From contig CM097882.1 of the NCBI GenBank assembly GCA_044892505.1, positions 220,844,001 through 220,908,000 on the forward strand: a stretch of 64,000 nt of DNA. Reading direction: 5' to 3'. Positions 14,027-27,215 of this stretch are shown in pieces. This DNA is from Schmidtea nova. Lineage: Eukaryota. The notes below the pieces were generated by a model. It was not told the DNA's origin. It saw only the letters and a program-made list of their open reading frames with translations, and did not search any database. Within the stretch, counting starts at the first letter, position 1; every line of letters begins with the position of its first letter. The position numbers and the translations under genes were made by a program.

Positions 14027-15154
14027 TTAGATTGGCGCAAAAATAATACAGATTTTGCGTATGTGTAAGTTAAACATTAATAATTCTATGATAAATCTCA
14101 GTGATAATAACTAAGGTTTTATTATCATCATTCTTATTAAACATCTTTTTTAATTATTTTTTTATTTAGTTTTAATAATTTAATATAAAAACATGTCAAT
14201 ACAGAATTTTTACCAAATTTATTATTATGAATTTAAACTGGGCCTTAGTGCATTTTAAACTGCTAAAAACAACAACCAAATTTGGGAAATAATAGTCTTA
14301 ATGCGTGTACAGTCGTTCTTAGGTTTCAAAATTCTCTAAGTGGAGAAATCAACCTTGAAGACAAAGAAGCTTGAAGCCGCCTCTCTGTTGTTTTTTGACT
14401 GCCAATCTATAGCAATAATTGAAGCTGACTTGCTCAAATCAAGATGAAAAGTAGCGGAGGAAAGTCTATGTTCATCGTTCCACTATTTTAAGTAAATTGA
14501 TACAAATCGAAAAGGCAAACAAGCTTGACAAGTGGATGCCACATGAATTGAATGAGAATCAAAGGAAGCACAACTTCAAAGTCTGCACCGTTTAATAACA
14601 ACTCATTTTTGATCGTCTAGTAACTTGTGATAAAAGATGGAATGTTTACAATAACAGTTGTCATTACTATTGATGGGTAAAACATAATATAACATCGAAG
14701 CACTTTTTAAAACGGATATATTTTTAAAAAGAATGTCATAAAAGTGGATATAATGCGTCAGAAACGTTAACTTCATTGTCCAGTATTGGTCAACAGAAAG
14801 AGTCCAAACTTCTTAAATTATAACCTTTAGACATATGTCGATCGAATTCAGCTTTGGGCTATAATACTCATCACCCATCATATTCCCCTTACATATCAGC
14901 AACGGATTAGCACTTTTTAAACCACTTTATTAGTCATAAAATCTTCAAAAACCTGATGCATTCAAAAATGCCATCTAAAGGTTTGTCACTTTCTAAATAC
15001 AGAGTTTTTTATGTTAACGAGATAAACAAACTTTTATCTTGTTGGCACAGGTGTAACACATCTAAATTTTTTATTTTGATGAATAAAAATCAGTATTAAC
15101 CAATGTTTCAAAGGTTATAGTAAAAAACACGGAATTAAATTTGCACCAACCTAA
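14027..15154 (+). mobile_element. Decayed mariner (Hsmar1/cecropia-like) transposon
   Basis: TIRs TTAGATTGGCGCAAAAATAAT and TTTGCACCAACCTAA(TA). Remnant motifs WMPHEL, VTCDKRW and HPSYSP. Confidence 0.85.
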
Positions 15155-16109
15155 TAATAATTTAGTCAACTGAAATAATTAAGTGAAGAATATTTGAAAG
15201 TTACATGGGATACTGTTGATTACCTCAAAAGGCTAGTTAAAGAGGAAACTTAGAAAAGAATAATAATTGTTTAATAAATAATTGTTAAAAATATTAATGG
15301 TAATTGTAAAAAACAATATAGCGAAAATTACAGCAAAAATAATTGGAAAATCATCAAAGATATGGAGATAAAAGTAAGCAAACAATTTAGAAATATTCAA
15401 CATTTAAGTGAATTTGATGTAAATTAAAGACGAAGATAAACAGAAATATAGTATAAAGTTAGTTATGTTTAGATATTCCAATTATAAATAATAGTCGAGC
15501 TATTGCAAATTTCAGTTTTAGTAAAAAGTACTTTTCTTTAATTATCTAATAATTTTGAGCTGTGATTAGTAAAATGGAAATAGATTGTAAGTTTGCTGAT
15601 CAATAAAATTGTACATAATTTGAAATTTGTTATTGTTAGTAAGCACAGCATGCTTTTAGTAAGATTAATAAAGCTTGACTGGCTCTTTTATGTGTGTGAA
15701 ATGTGTTATTTAATGGTTTCGTTCTTACCAAAATAAGATAAAAAAATTGTGGTTCTTTAGTAGCAGCATTTATTAAATATTAAATAATTAATAAATAACA
15801 AGATAAGCCTTTTTTGCAAAGTTTTATTGGGTGATAATCTTGCAGTAAAAACTTATTTCGTTATTAATTAAAAGCTATGATATCGTTAAATATATTAGTG
15901 TTTTAATAATCACTGTTTTTATATATAATAAACATATTGAATTTTGATTGAATGAAATTAAACCCATAATATGCAACCACGCTAAAAGTCATTAATAAAT
16001 TCATTCAGTATGAGTCTAGTGCCTCCGTCATTTATCTATTATTTATATATTAAAAGCAACTAAAATTTAATTAAATATATTTTTTTATTATATAAGATTA
16101 TAAAAGAAA

Positions 16110-16171
<62 letters not shown>

Positions 16172-16379
16172 TAAAAAAGCAATTTTGTTACAAGCACTAA
16201 AAGAGAAGTTAAAAGAAGAAGTACAAAAAATACAAGTTTAAAAGAAGAAGAGCAGTTTTAAATCCTACGAGTTTACAGATAAACAACAAATGAATATTTT
16301 ACTCAAATATATTTTATGTATTGGTTTATTAATTTTTCATTCAGTTACATTCACTAAAAATGGTGTCAGAAGTGGGATT

Positions 16380-17045
16380 CAGATCTTCAGTACAGTTTCA
16401 AAACTCCTACCACGACATTTCAACAAGCATCAGAAACTGAATACTAAAGATCTGAATCGGAAAAGCGCGAAAGCAACAATTACAACAAGCAACCAGCCGA
16501 ATACTCAGTCAATTTCATCTCATCTCCTAAACAATATCTTATTGGTCGCAGATTTACTATGCAATGTAACGTCATTCCGAAATTCGCAAACACCAGATAC
16601 TCATGGTAAAAAAACAGTCAATTAATTAGCTATGATGAGAGCATCACTTTTAAACAATTGAGACGAGAAGATTTATGTTCTTATAAATGCGTTGTTAAAG
16701 GAACTACTGAGACTGGGTCAACAATGGAATTGGAAGCCTCGACATTTCAACAAGCCTCAGAAACTACATTCCGTCAATCAGTAAAAACAGGAAAGCGCGA
16801 AAGTGTCAATTACAACAAGCAATCAGTTGAATACTCAGTCAACATTGTCTCATCACCTGAAAAATATGTCATTGGTCAAAGATTTACCATGAAATGAAAA
16901 ATTTATCCTCAATTCAAAACTGCTAGTTATTCTTGTCCGTTGCGTAAACTCGACCTCGACTCCTATTCCTGTGTGGTTTACGGATTCACTAACAACGGAG
17001 TGGCAATGCAACTGAAAGCGTCTATCTCTCAAAACAATTGCGGCA
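16380..17045 (+). pseudogene. Tandem immunoglobulin-like domain pseudogene (~2 repeats)
   Basis: One frame reads FTMQCNV..RYSW*KNSQL...ITFKQLRREDLCSYKCVVKG, then FTMK*...LRKLDLDSYSCVVYG. This is the Ig C...W...D-x-x-Y-x-C pattern, with in-frame stops. Confidence 0.55.
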
Positions 17046-17559
17046 GTTATTTTGGATTACCTGGCGAGTGGTATTTTAAATCTATTATTTATAATTTTAC
17101 ATTACATAACATATTATATTTATATACATTATTTTTATTCATACTAAATTTTAAAATTATTTATATTATTCTTCTCAAAATTCACAAATACTCTGCCCAG
17201 TTTCTTTTCGACACCTTCAATACAAGTCATGCCCACAACCCTACAGAAAATTTCTTGTACAACAGAGATTAGTCCACAACCACTGACATTTCTCCCCCAA
17301 CATATGTCTTAACATGCTTCAATAACAAAATGACTCAAGTAAATATCACCACAGATCTACACACAGATATAGCTGCGTTTCACCACATTTACAACACATG
17401 TTTTTATTATTCGACCAACGAATTTCGCATTGCTACAACCTCTGAAATCAAACCAAACTCGATCGTAGACGTCCATTTACGTATTCTTGGAGGCGTGCGA
17501 CCTCAAACAGAACCGACTTACTCATCCGCTTCCCGTCCAAATTTGTGTTTTTGGATCGC

Positions 17560-18000
17560 GACGGTACACCCTCGTAGTGATTCCGCATCTTTGAATCACG
17601 TACGTCATCCTTCTTGAAATCACGTGCAGATTACCTACTCGACAGCCTACCCTTGACCCGAAAATAGCCGACGCTATTTATTCAGATAACCCATACGATG
17701 ATTTTAAATCCCTTATAGTATCCAAATATACCTCATCACAGACATAGGCTCTCACAAAACCTTTGGCACCACAAAATTACGCCGGACAACAACCCAGCAT
17801 TTTCTTAGCACAGATTGCTCGCTCCAACGACACAGCAATATCTGATCTGTCTAAAAACACACAGCTCTTAAAACACTAATTTCTTTACGCACTTCCATAC
17901 CATTTACAAACCTCCCTCGCATTGGTAGACTCTGAAGACCCGTACCATCTTGCTAAAATAGCTGATCACATCTACGCACTTCAACTCCATAAACTTTGCA
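17560..18000 (+). pseudogene. Gypsy gag remnant
   Basis: DNPYDDFKSLIVSKY...QPSIFL...FLYALP...LAKIADHIY resembles a PY..LK..LI / KPS.LL / LA.LAD.I gag pattern. Confidence 0.5.
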
Positions 18001-18169
18001 CCGATAATTACACACTACCACCACCATCTCCCATTGTCAACGCAACACATACATCCGATATCCACTACCCTCGCAACGACGAAAGATATGTTTTGAAAGA
18101 TTGGTTTGAATAACTTCCCCCCATTGAATTCAACATTAATACAACTTAGCAGAGCTTCACATAATTTTT

Positions 18170-18480
18170 ACCATTTTAAATAGTATATGGAAAAAAGAAT
18201 TAAAATTCATTTCATATTAAATGGTTAAAAACAAGTAGATCAGAGTTGATTGATAAAGCCAGAATAAATTTAGAGAAAGCGTTAATAAAGAAGAGCCTAT
18301 TTGAAAGTTATAAGCGAATGTCAGGAGACTTTAAAGAGGGAAAGTGGGTTTTAGTTTGTATAGAAATTCACAAAAGGCAGATAAATAATTTTCAGTATGA
18401 AAGGCCATTTCAAATAATTAGATTCTTCTTTCCTCATCAAGTTAAGCTAAAGTGTTCTATCGGGATAAAACAACGAAAAA
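18170..18480 (+). pseudogene. Integrase C-terminal (GPY/F-like) remnant
   Basis: IVYGK ... DFKEGKWVLV ... YERPFQII, immediately upstream of the PPT. Confidence 0.45.
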
Positions 18481-19659
18481 TTAAATGGCTAAAAAATTGG
18501 ACAACCTCTCAAAGAAGGGGAAGTTATGATATCATTAAATATATCAGTGTTTTAATAAACACTGTTTGTTTATATAATAAATATATATTGAATTTTGAAT
18601 GGATGAAATTAAACCCATAACTTTAATAATTTAAGTAGTTAAGATAATTGGTGATTATGACTAATAACTAAATAACTAAACGAATTTCGAAATATTTTGA
18701 ATGAATTGCAAGTAAAAAATTATTTATTCTACAGCAGAATTTCAAATTTTTAATGACTGTGTAAATCTTAGAAAATTTATAATTAATTGTACTTGAGAGT
18801 TTACACCAAAGAAAATTAATTTAGTTAAAACTGGAATTTTATTAAAACTTTACAATGTAAAATAATTAAATTAAATAATTTAATTTGTTAATATATTTCA
18901 TTTGAAAAAAACTTTTTTATACTGTGGATTTTTTTTGATAATGATGTTGGTAAAGAATTGTATAAACAAAATTTAAATGTGCATAGAGCTTTTTACAGTT
19001 GAAATTTAATTAAAATTTTGAACAAGTAAATTAATGAAAAATTAACCGTTAACCTCACACTGCTGTTTTGTCAACCATCCTATGCCTAGCGGCTTGAGAG
19101 GCCGGCATCAATTTTTAGGAAATTTAGAATAGTTAAATGTATTAAAACCATCAATTGTGATATTTTAAATAAATACTTAGATTTCTTACTTATATATGTT
19201 TTTTATTTTCATTAAATAAAAGTGTGTTAGTTAATTAATTAACAGAATAAACTTGATATATTTTTATCACAAAAGAAAACTACTAACCATTCTTCAAATA
19301 AAAAAATTAAAGATCTTAAAAATACAAAATGAGACTTTATAATTTTCAATTGATTTTTATTGATTCAAACATTTATCACAAATAATTGTAGCAAGATTAA
19401 TAAGGTATATACAAAACTGGAATATTTATCATTCCGTTTCACACAAATGTCATTGTTTAGGTCGTTTCTTTTCTGATGAAGTAGATGGTGCTGTAGAATT
19501 TTCGTGCTTGTTTGCAATTGAACAGTTTATAAAAACTAATTGATTCTTTCAAATCTTTGTTACGTTCTTTTTTATATTCCAATTTTTATAAATATTTGTG
19601 TATATAAGATACGCCGCGAATGCATTGATATATAAAATATTCATAAAAATGGAACATAC

Positions 19660-21070
19660 TATCTATTTGAAAAATTAAACGAGTATGGAACACAAATCAA
19701 AAGAAGAAAATAAACACCATCAACAACCACATCAGTTAATTTACTTAAACCGCAAAAAATGAGGCAATCACACGGACTTAAAACTCTCACACTCACATAT
19801 TCACAAACAACGATATGACTGAAAACAACGCTAAATCCCATTAATTGACTCCGCTCTGAAACTCGAATACAGAGAAGACGGGCAGTCTTTTCCAATGTAT
19901 GTGGCATTTCACCCATGACGTTTGAAAATATAAACGAGAACAGAGCAAAGAACAATACAGAAAACTTAGAATCGCCAACAATCACATCAATTAATTCATA
20001 AACAATAGAATAAGAAAAGGAATCAGAACGAGTGTAAACCTCATCATTACTCGTTTAATTTTTCAAATGTCATGAGTGTAATGCTACATACTTTGGAAAG
20101 ACTGACCATCTTTTCTGTACTCGAGTTTTAGAGCATTTTCAATTGGGGATTATGGATTTCGTTTTCAATCATTCTGTTGTTTATAAATATGAAAATATTT
20201 ATATTATATTCTTAAAAAAAATATTTTTTTGTATAAAATTAAAAGAATATTTTATTTTTAAGATTAATTTATTTAAATTTAAAAATTTTTAATCGATTTA
20301 AATTTTTTGACTATAATAGAATTAAATATATATTTTATTTTAAAAATTAATACTAATTTGTTCGAATAAATCAATTTATTTGATTTATATTTGAATGTAA
20401 GATTGGGTAGCACCTGATGAAGAGAATGAAGTTCTCGAAATATATTGTGCAAAATATATATTTGGATTGGCGTTTGTTGTTAATTATATTAGTGCCATGC
20501 TGGTTGTGTTATGTATTAAAGAAAGATAATAATCCGTCAGTTGTTCCGGTATTCTGTGAAAGTTTGTCTAGGAAAATGTTTGTATTTAATTTTAATAATT
20601 CTAAATGTATAGAGTTTTGTCAAATTAGTATTTCGATTTAATGATGATGTTTACACTCGTGCTGATTCCTTCTCTTATTCTATTGTTTATGAATTAATTG
20701 ATGTGATTGTTGGCGATTCTAAGTTTTCTGTATTGTTCTTTGCTCTGTTCTCGTTTATATTTTCAAACGTCATGGGTGAAATGCCACATACATTGGAAAA
20801 GACTGCCCGTCTTCTCTGTATTCGAGTTTCAGAGCGGAGTCAATTAATGGGATTTAGCGTTGGTTTCAGTCATATCGTTGTTTTCAGTCATATCGTTGTT
20901 TGTGAATATGTGAGTGTGAGAGTTTTAAGTCCGTGTGTTTGCCTCATTTTTTGCGGTTTAAGTAAATTAACTGATGTGGTTGTTGATGATGTTTATTTTC
21001 TTTTTTTGATTTGTGTTCTTTACTCGTTTTATTTTTCAAATGTCATGGGCGTAATGCCACATACTATCTA
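19660..21070. mobile_element. Penelope-like element remnant: inverted repeat arms (~19660-20050 and ~20640-21050) with GIY-YIG endonuclease fragments
   Basis: The same ORF appears on both strands (19659-19985 - and 20703-21116 +). Fragment 20061-20138 reads FKCHECNATYFGKTDHLFCTRVLEH and 20752-20835 reads VYIFK.HG*NATYIGK..R, the GIY-YIG YIG-KT-R-EH pattern. A hammerhead lies between the arms. Confidence 0.75.
20410..20450 (+). ncRNA. Minimal type I hammerhead ribozyme (Penelope pLTR type)
   Basis: GCAC-CTGATGA-A-GAGAA-tgaag-TTCTC-GAAA-TATA-TT-GTGC: stem I (GCAC/GTGC), stem II, catalytic core and palindromic stem III all present. Confidence 0.7.
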
Positions 21071-21099
21071 TTTGTCTTCTTTTTACATATGCAAGTGTT

Positions 21100-22330
21100 T
21101 AGCATTTAGTCGATAAGATCAGTACCACCTTTCCTTTTGTTGTAATCAATTATCATTTCCGGTTTGCGTTTATCTTCTTCCACAATCACGTCACTATGGT
21201 GCATTGTGTATATAGTAAAATTACTGCTCTTCCTTTTCGTAGTAAATATGACGCCAAGGTGAGGTTCTTTGTGAAGCCAAATATTGTCGAAAATTCTTCT
21301 TGAGAACGATTTGACTGAAAGTTTTGGGAATAAATGGTTTATTCTTTCGCAATGTTCTAGTTACTTTTCATATTTAGAGCCAATTGCTTTGAGGTAAAGA
21401 AATTGTCGATTGTTATATTTCTATTAGAACCCGTTGTTTTTCCTTTTTCCTAAATATGGAATACTTCATAATGGAAATCCTGTTTGCGAATCATTGATCT
21501 AAAATATATTCATTCCATATTTTTTCCGGTTTTGATGGCATGTATTGTTTGAATGGACACGTTCCATCAAAACCAAACAATTGTTTGTCTACAATGAGAA
21601 TACATGATGGCATGTAATATTTTCCTAAATTATTATTTACTTGTTCCCACAAGTCTCTGATAGGAGCAAGTTTATCATTGGCACGACTTTTATGTCTTGA
21701 TGTTTTGTCATTAAATCTAATAAATCGACAAATTTTATGATAGCTATTTTTGGACATAATCGCTTGAAAAATTGGAGGTCCGTAATTTTTGCTCCATAAT
21801 CCGTCAATACTAACATCTGACAATTTTAGATGACCAACTGTCAACAACAACCCAATGAATGCATCTATCTTAGATTCATCGACAGGTTTCCATTGGTTTT
21901 TATTTTGCGTTTCTGTGTGTACTCTAATGGCCTCCTTATTTGTCATGTCTGTTATTATAGACAATAAATTATTTGGAAAAAGTAAACAAAAAGCGTCTAC
22001 TGGATTCTCAATTGTAGTGTCTGCTGGTAAAATTACTTTGTTAGCGAAACCTCTAATAATATAATGTACATGAGCCCTTCAAGAAATTTGAGGAAAACAA
22101 CACCACACACAATGATCTTTTCCTGGAGGATGAGTGTTGTCATTATAAGGTGAAGCTGATAATTTCTCATTACGTATTAGTAACTCTTCTTCGCTCTCAG
22201 CATCGTTGTGGTATGAATTGACACTCACATGATCTTCTGATTCTTCGTAACTAATGTGTTTATATTCTTCGTCCGAATTTTGGGTTTCTGCTAGTAGACA
22301 ATTTTTTTCATCATTCAAGAAGCGAGACAT
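21100..22330 (-). pseudogene. piggyBac transposase remnant (PGBD4-like)
   Basis: KLAPIRDLWE, IVDKQLFGF.GTCPFKQYMPSKP and KPEMIIDYNKRKGGTD across broken frames. Confidence 0.85.
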
Positions 22331-24137
22331 TTTTAGGAATATTTTTCTAAAAATAATAAATTAAACAATATGATTATTAACATCATATAATAGCAGTTAT
22401 TGATTTAATAAATATAATGCATACCTGTATGCCAAATAAATTCAGCTAAAAATATCAATAACTGATACAAACACTCTTAGCGAAGGACAAATGATAACTA
22501 ATCATCGTCGGTCGTTTGAGAGAATGGCGGAGTTTTTTATAAACATGTGAAAGTCGTAAAATATCTTTTTAAAAATATTTTTTCTTGAGAAGTTTCACAC
22601 CCTTTTATGGACATTGAAAATGTATTGAAAAAAAATTTTTTTTTGTAATTTTCAAAGAGAGAAAACTTTACAAATGGTTGTATAATTTTCCAGTACAGGA
22701 ATTTTTAACTTGTTAATGGGCCACAAAATATCATTTAGTGGACTGCATGCGACCACAGGCCACGAGTTGGACAGCATTGATTTATACTATTCTCTTTTCT
22801 ATCAAATAACATCACTCCTATAATATTATCCCAAATTTAGTGACTATTAGATAAAAATCCAAAATAATAAGTTAAATTTATTTATAATTAATTAACTATC
22901 AATTTTAATATTTGATGTTATAACAATCTGATATAAAATGCTTTATTTTTCTTGGATAAAGTATGCATATTCAGTAGAGAAAAATTGATTTTCAGATAAC
23001 ATTCAAATAAAAATGTCATTGTCAAAGTTTTATATATAAATTATCAATGAAAATCAAAATATTTTTCTTTAAAACAATCATAATTTCCAAATCGCAAGTG
23101 TCGTAATGATTTGAATTTCACAGAATTTTCTCAAATGATTTTGTTTTCCACATGCTTGAAATTAATTAATACTCAAGGACTTTTCTAATTTGGATTAAAT
23201 TTAATCGGAAAATGCAAAATGAATACGAAATTAAATAAAAAATATTCTGCTTAATTGCTAAGTTAATTTCACAAATATTATTTTACAAAACAATCAAATA
23301 TAAAATTATATTTAACTATAGTCATAAATAAAGTTGACTGTCACCACTTTGGTCGCTTGTGAACAACACTAGCCTTCTTTTTAGAGTCTCAGTGGACGTC
23401 CCTAACCAGAGATTCTATCATTTTTAATAAGATAAGAAATTGTAAACAATTTAAAAATAACTCTTTTTTGGCTCCCATAGCAAAACATATGAAACATACA
23501 TATTAAGTTTATCATTAAATTATTTTTATTTGATTTCTTTATTTTATGTCAATTTGTTCTGATAGAAACTGCTGCCAATTGAAAATGATAAAAAACAGCC
23601 GTTATAAAAATCCTTCATTGATCGTCCACTGTTGAAAAACTTAAAGTCCTAAAAACTTTTTCTTTTTAAAATTTTTTTTTCGTCTACTTGATTTTTAAAG
23701 TAACATCTACGATTTTACTGTACCAAAAACAGAAAAAGGTTTAATGTAATAACCTTCAAAACAGGTATAAAACAAGATAGTCTGCTGCTGCATCAAGATC
23801 GTTGAGTTGAAAAAATCTGATAGTTCTTAGATTTGGTTAGTTCAGTGCTTCCAAACACATGATTCACAACCTTTTTTGAAGTCTAGCAGTGGTGAGGTAT
23901 AAAAATTTTAAAAAGGGGAAACAAAAATTCTTTAGAAAAATTTTGAAATTTTTTTATGTTCGATGTTTTTGGCCAATGTTTGTTTTAGTGATCATGGAAA
24001 CTTTTGTGAAAATTAATATTCTTCCATTGTTTTCAATGCCACATACATTTGATGTTAATTCTTGAGTTTTATAACTTTTTTATGATATACTGATTGCAGT
24101 GATATTTATTTTACAAATTTATTTGCTGTTCCACACG

Positions 24138-24329
24138 TCAAAATGAAACTAAAGTTTTTATGTTTTTGAATTCAAACATACTAAATATGATCTGAATAAA
24201 TGGAAGGTTAATCATATCAAAAAAAGAAATTATAACAGACCTTTCAGAACACGATGCAACTACTACTAGAACAACGGTAAAGACAATTTTAAGACTATTA
24301 AGAATGAATGAAATAAAATTTGTATACAA
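24138..24329 (-). pseudogene. Second hAT dimerisation-domain remnant
   Basis: VVVASCSERS resembles the hAT (T/V)ASCERSFS motif. Charlie-like end fragments lie nearby (~22750-22778, ~23847). Confidence 0.35.
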
Positions 24330-25900
24330 TTTTTATGTTCTTTCTCTAGCATCAAATTCATAAAGTCAATTTTAATTTCATAAAAATAAAATTTTTAATT
24401 AAAATTTTTAAAAATATTTTTCATATTTTATTTTTAAAATTAAATTTACAATTTTATAAACAATTCCAAGTGTCAGGGTGAAAACATTCAATTGTTACAG
24501 ATTCTCCATAAAATAATTCTTAATTCTTTTCATATTTCACTCTCATTCCGTGTTGAGAACTTGGCGTAACAATTATTTCATTTGTTTGTCCGAATTTGTT
24601 TATATAATTTCCGATCATCTCTCTACTGACCTTATTCCGATTCAAAACAAAAGGTCCCATCTAAATCAAATATGGATCGAGTACATAAATTTGTTCGATT
24701 TCATTCCTATTTTCAATATTATCAATGGATAATGTCGCTCTTTGCACAATTGCAAATTTTAACTTTTCATGCGAATTAGGTGATTTTATTTTTAATTTTT
24801 CTTCTTGTTTTTCATTGTTTTTTCGCATATTGTGATTTCTGTCATGTTGGTTCTCATTGTTTCATGGCCGCAAATTATGCAACATTTATGACGGCAACTG
24901 CCTATGGACATAAGCAGACTACACATTCAACGTTTTCCATTTTATTTTTGTTTTTGACTTTATCAATTAATAAATTCTAAGTTAAAACAATTTCAAAATA
25001 AATACTAATTCTTTCAATTTTGATTGGATAAAATTTATATATTACAATTAGATATAATAAAATTTTAAATAACGTATACTCTGATTCTTTAAAAATTATA
25101 TCTTTGAGTTCGAAATTTTCATATCTTATAAAGACTTAAAAATTTCTTTCTTTGAGTCTTTTTGTTCGAGTTTTTTTGTAGTTCTATCATGTCTACGTTG
25201 TTAATATGAATGAAAAATAGTCTATCTAAATTTTTGAAAATTGTTTACCTCAAATATTTTCTGACAGACAAAATAGATCTTTTTTATGGGGGATGCCTGA
25301 GGTTTTCTGACAATGATAGTAACATAATATTTTATAATTGGTTTTATTATTCTATTTTAGGTTATACTATTCTTTTGAAAGTTATTAATGACTCTCGTTT
25401 ACTTCTTCCCAAATGTTGCACATGTTATCTGTGCTGGGTTCATGGAGGGGTTAGATGAAAAATGTTCTAACAATGACTAGGGATCCCTCATCCATGATCA
25501 TACATAAAATTGCAATTATACACTCAAGCGCCCTTGATTATTTCCCTATATAATCAAGTTGGTGATGCGCAGGGTGGTTAAACAATGATGGGAAGGTGAG
25601 CACTATCACTAGTACTACTCCCCATTTATGTTTACGGGTTCATTGCTGCCGTTAGAAGGACTTATGCTTTAATCATCCGCTTATTTATTCCGCAATAATC
25701 TTTCAGAAAATTTATCTTTAACATTGCTTATTCTGCATGAAGTGTGTTAACAAAATGCTCGCTTAATTATTTATTTGCCTTTATTAGGTATTTTGTGAGA
25801 TGAGTTTATATTTTTTTCCTACAGTTATCTAATTATTTGTTAAGCTAACTAAATCAATTTAAATGAACAATAACAATTTTAAGATGACACGAAACTTTAT

Positions 25901-26497
25901 TCAATCTTTAATTAGTTCAGTGAAAACTCCGGCTGGGGGAAAGATTTCCGTTAATAATTCCGCTTCGGTCATTTGATGCAGGCCATCTACTTGGCTCTGT
26001 AATCGTTGGGCAAACAGCTTTCTTTGCCGTCGTCTTTTCTGCCCGATGCGCTTGCGTTTCTGGTGCGCATTTACAGTTGGAGTGGCTGGAGTAATTTCTG
26101 GAACTGGCTTATTGCGTTCGTCAATGAGATCATCGACATCGGTACCAATCGAGTTGACGCTTTTCTTTTCCGATGTCCATTCCTGATATGTAATAGGACG
26201 GATTTGATCTCGCAGTTCCTTCTCGATGTACGAGGCAGTTACGGAATGGAGGCATTTTCGAAGCTTTATTTTTGTAGCCTCCCATTCCATTTTATACTCT
26301 GTTGCAGTTTGCTGGGCACGTTCGGTTTTACTGATTTGCTCCTTCATCCTAGCCGGAGCAAACCAGCTTTTGCGTAAATATGTGACTTGCGCCTCGGCTT
26401 TAATTAATTGTGCTTTGAGGAGACCCAATTCCTTGTCCTGGGCTCTCCGGATTCGCCACATTTTTTCCAACTCCCTGTGTGCCACATCGGTATTCAT
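25901..26497 (-). CDS. Unknown 198-aa coiled-coil protein with a basic NLS-like stretch (KRKRIGQKRRRQRK); probable retroelement accessory ORF
   Basis: Intact ORF, GC well above the flanks, ttctag|aATG acceptor context. Confidence 0.55.
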   Translation of the reverse strand: MNTDVAHRELEKMWRIRRAQDKELGLLKAQLIKAEAQVTYLRKSWFAPARMKEQISKTERAQQTATEYKMEWEATKIKLRKCLHSVTASYIEKELRDQIRPITYQEWTSEKKSVNSIGTDVDDLIDERNKPVPEITPATPTVNAHQKRKRIGQKRRRQRKLFAQRLQSQVDGLHQMTEAELLTEIFPPAGVFTELIKD

Positions 26498-26687
26498 TCT
26501 AGAATTGATTTACGATAATTACTTTTGTCACTTTATGGTTCAATTATGTGTAAAATTAAAAATCTGAATACATGATTATTAGGTTAAGAACGTGATCGAT
26601 TTAATAATACAAAACAAAAACTCAAAACAAAAACCACTGATGAACATTAATATTTTTACTCATAAACAAATTATCGTCAAAAATTTC

Positions 26688-27167
26688 TTATCGCCGAAAT
26701 AGGCTGTGCATCTCGTTGTTTATCGGCAGCTGACGAAGGCGAGCCCAAGAAAACGAGGGTTGTCCTTTCTGGCATTCCTTGCCGAACGGTTTCCGCGGCA
26801 GAAACTCGTGCAGGCCCAATCGACACAATTCTCGGCGAGGGATATGTCCCCAATAAATTATGCGGCTCGCTCGTCCTTCTGCGTCCTTTATTACCACGAT
26901 CATTCGACCAAATTTGTTCGAGTAAGGCCTTTGGTTAATTGGCCAGTTCGGTCCTCCACGATAGAGTACTTGGTCACTTCCTCCTGCCCAAATTGAAAAC
27001 GGGCATTTCCGACCAAACCCATGTCTCCACTTATACATTTGGGCATTGAGGGTCCGTAATATCGGTGTAGGCAGCTCTTTGAGTTGAGAGACCATTCCAT
27101 TTTCTGCATTCCATTGTTCCAAGTTCCGCATTTGAGTCAATTGGTTCATAATCTCGGCAGTCGACAT
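26688..27167 (-). CDS. Unknown 159-aa basic protein; probable retroelement accessory ORF
   Basis: Intact ORF in a GC-elevated island, aatttag|ATG context. Confidence 0.5.
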   Translation of the reverse strand: MSTAEIMNQLTQMRNLEQWNAENGMVSQLKELPTPILRTLNAQMYKWRHGFGRKCPFSIWAGGSDQVLYRGGPNWPINQRPYSNKFGRMIVVIKDAEGRASRIIYWGHIPRRELCRLGLHEFLPRKPFGKECQKGQPSFSWARLRQLPINNEMHSLFRR

Positions 27168-27215
27168 CTAAATTACTTTATTGAATATGAAACATAGGAT
27201 TTAACGGAGGAAATT

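Larger units (their letters stand above)
15874..18622 (+). mobile_element. Decayed small Ty3/Gypsy element with ~97-bp LTRs
   Basis: Direct repeats at ~15876-15971 and ~18525-18621 (tatgatatc...gaaattaaacccataa), PPT AAGAAGGGGAAG before the right repeat, degenerate PBS-like tgcaaccacg, and internal gag and integrase remnants. Confidence 0.6.

Noticed and set aside
19659-21116. Duplicated 'MIVGDSKFSVLFF' membrane-like ORFs as host genes
   Set aside because: They arise from the inverted arms of the Penelope remnant, and the meaningful frame is the broken GIY-YIG.
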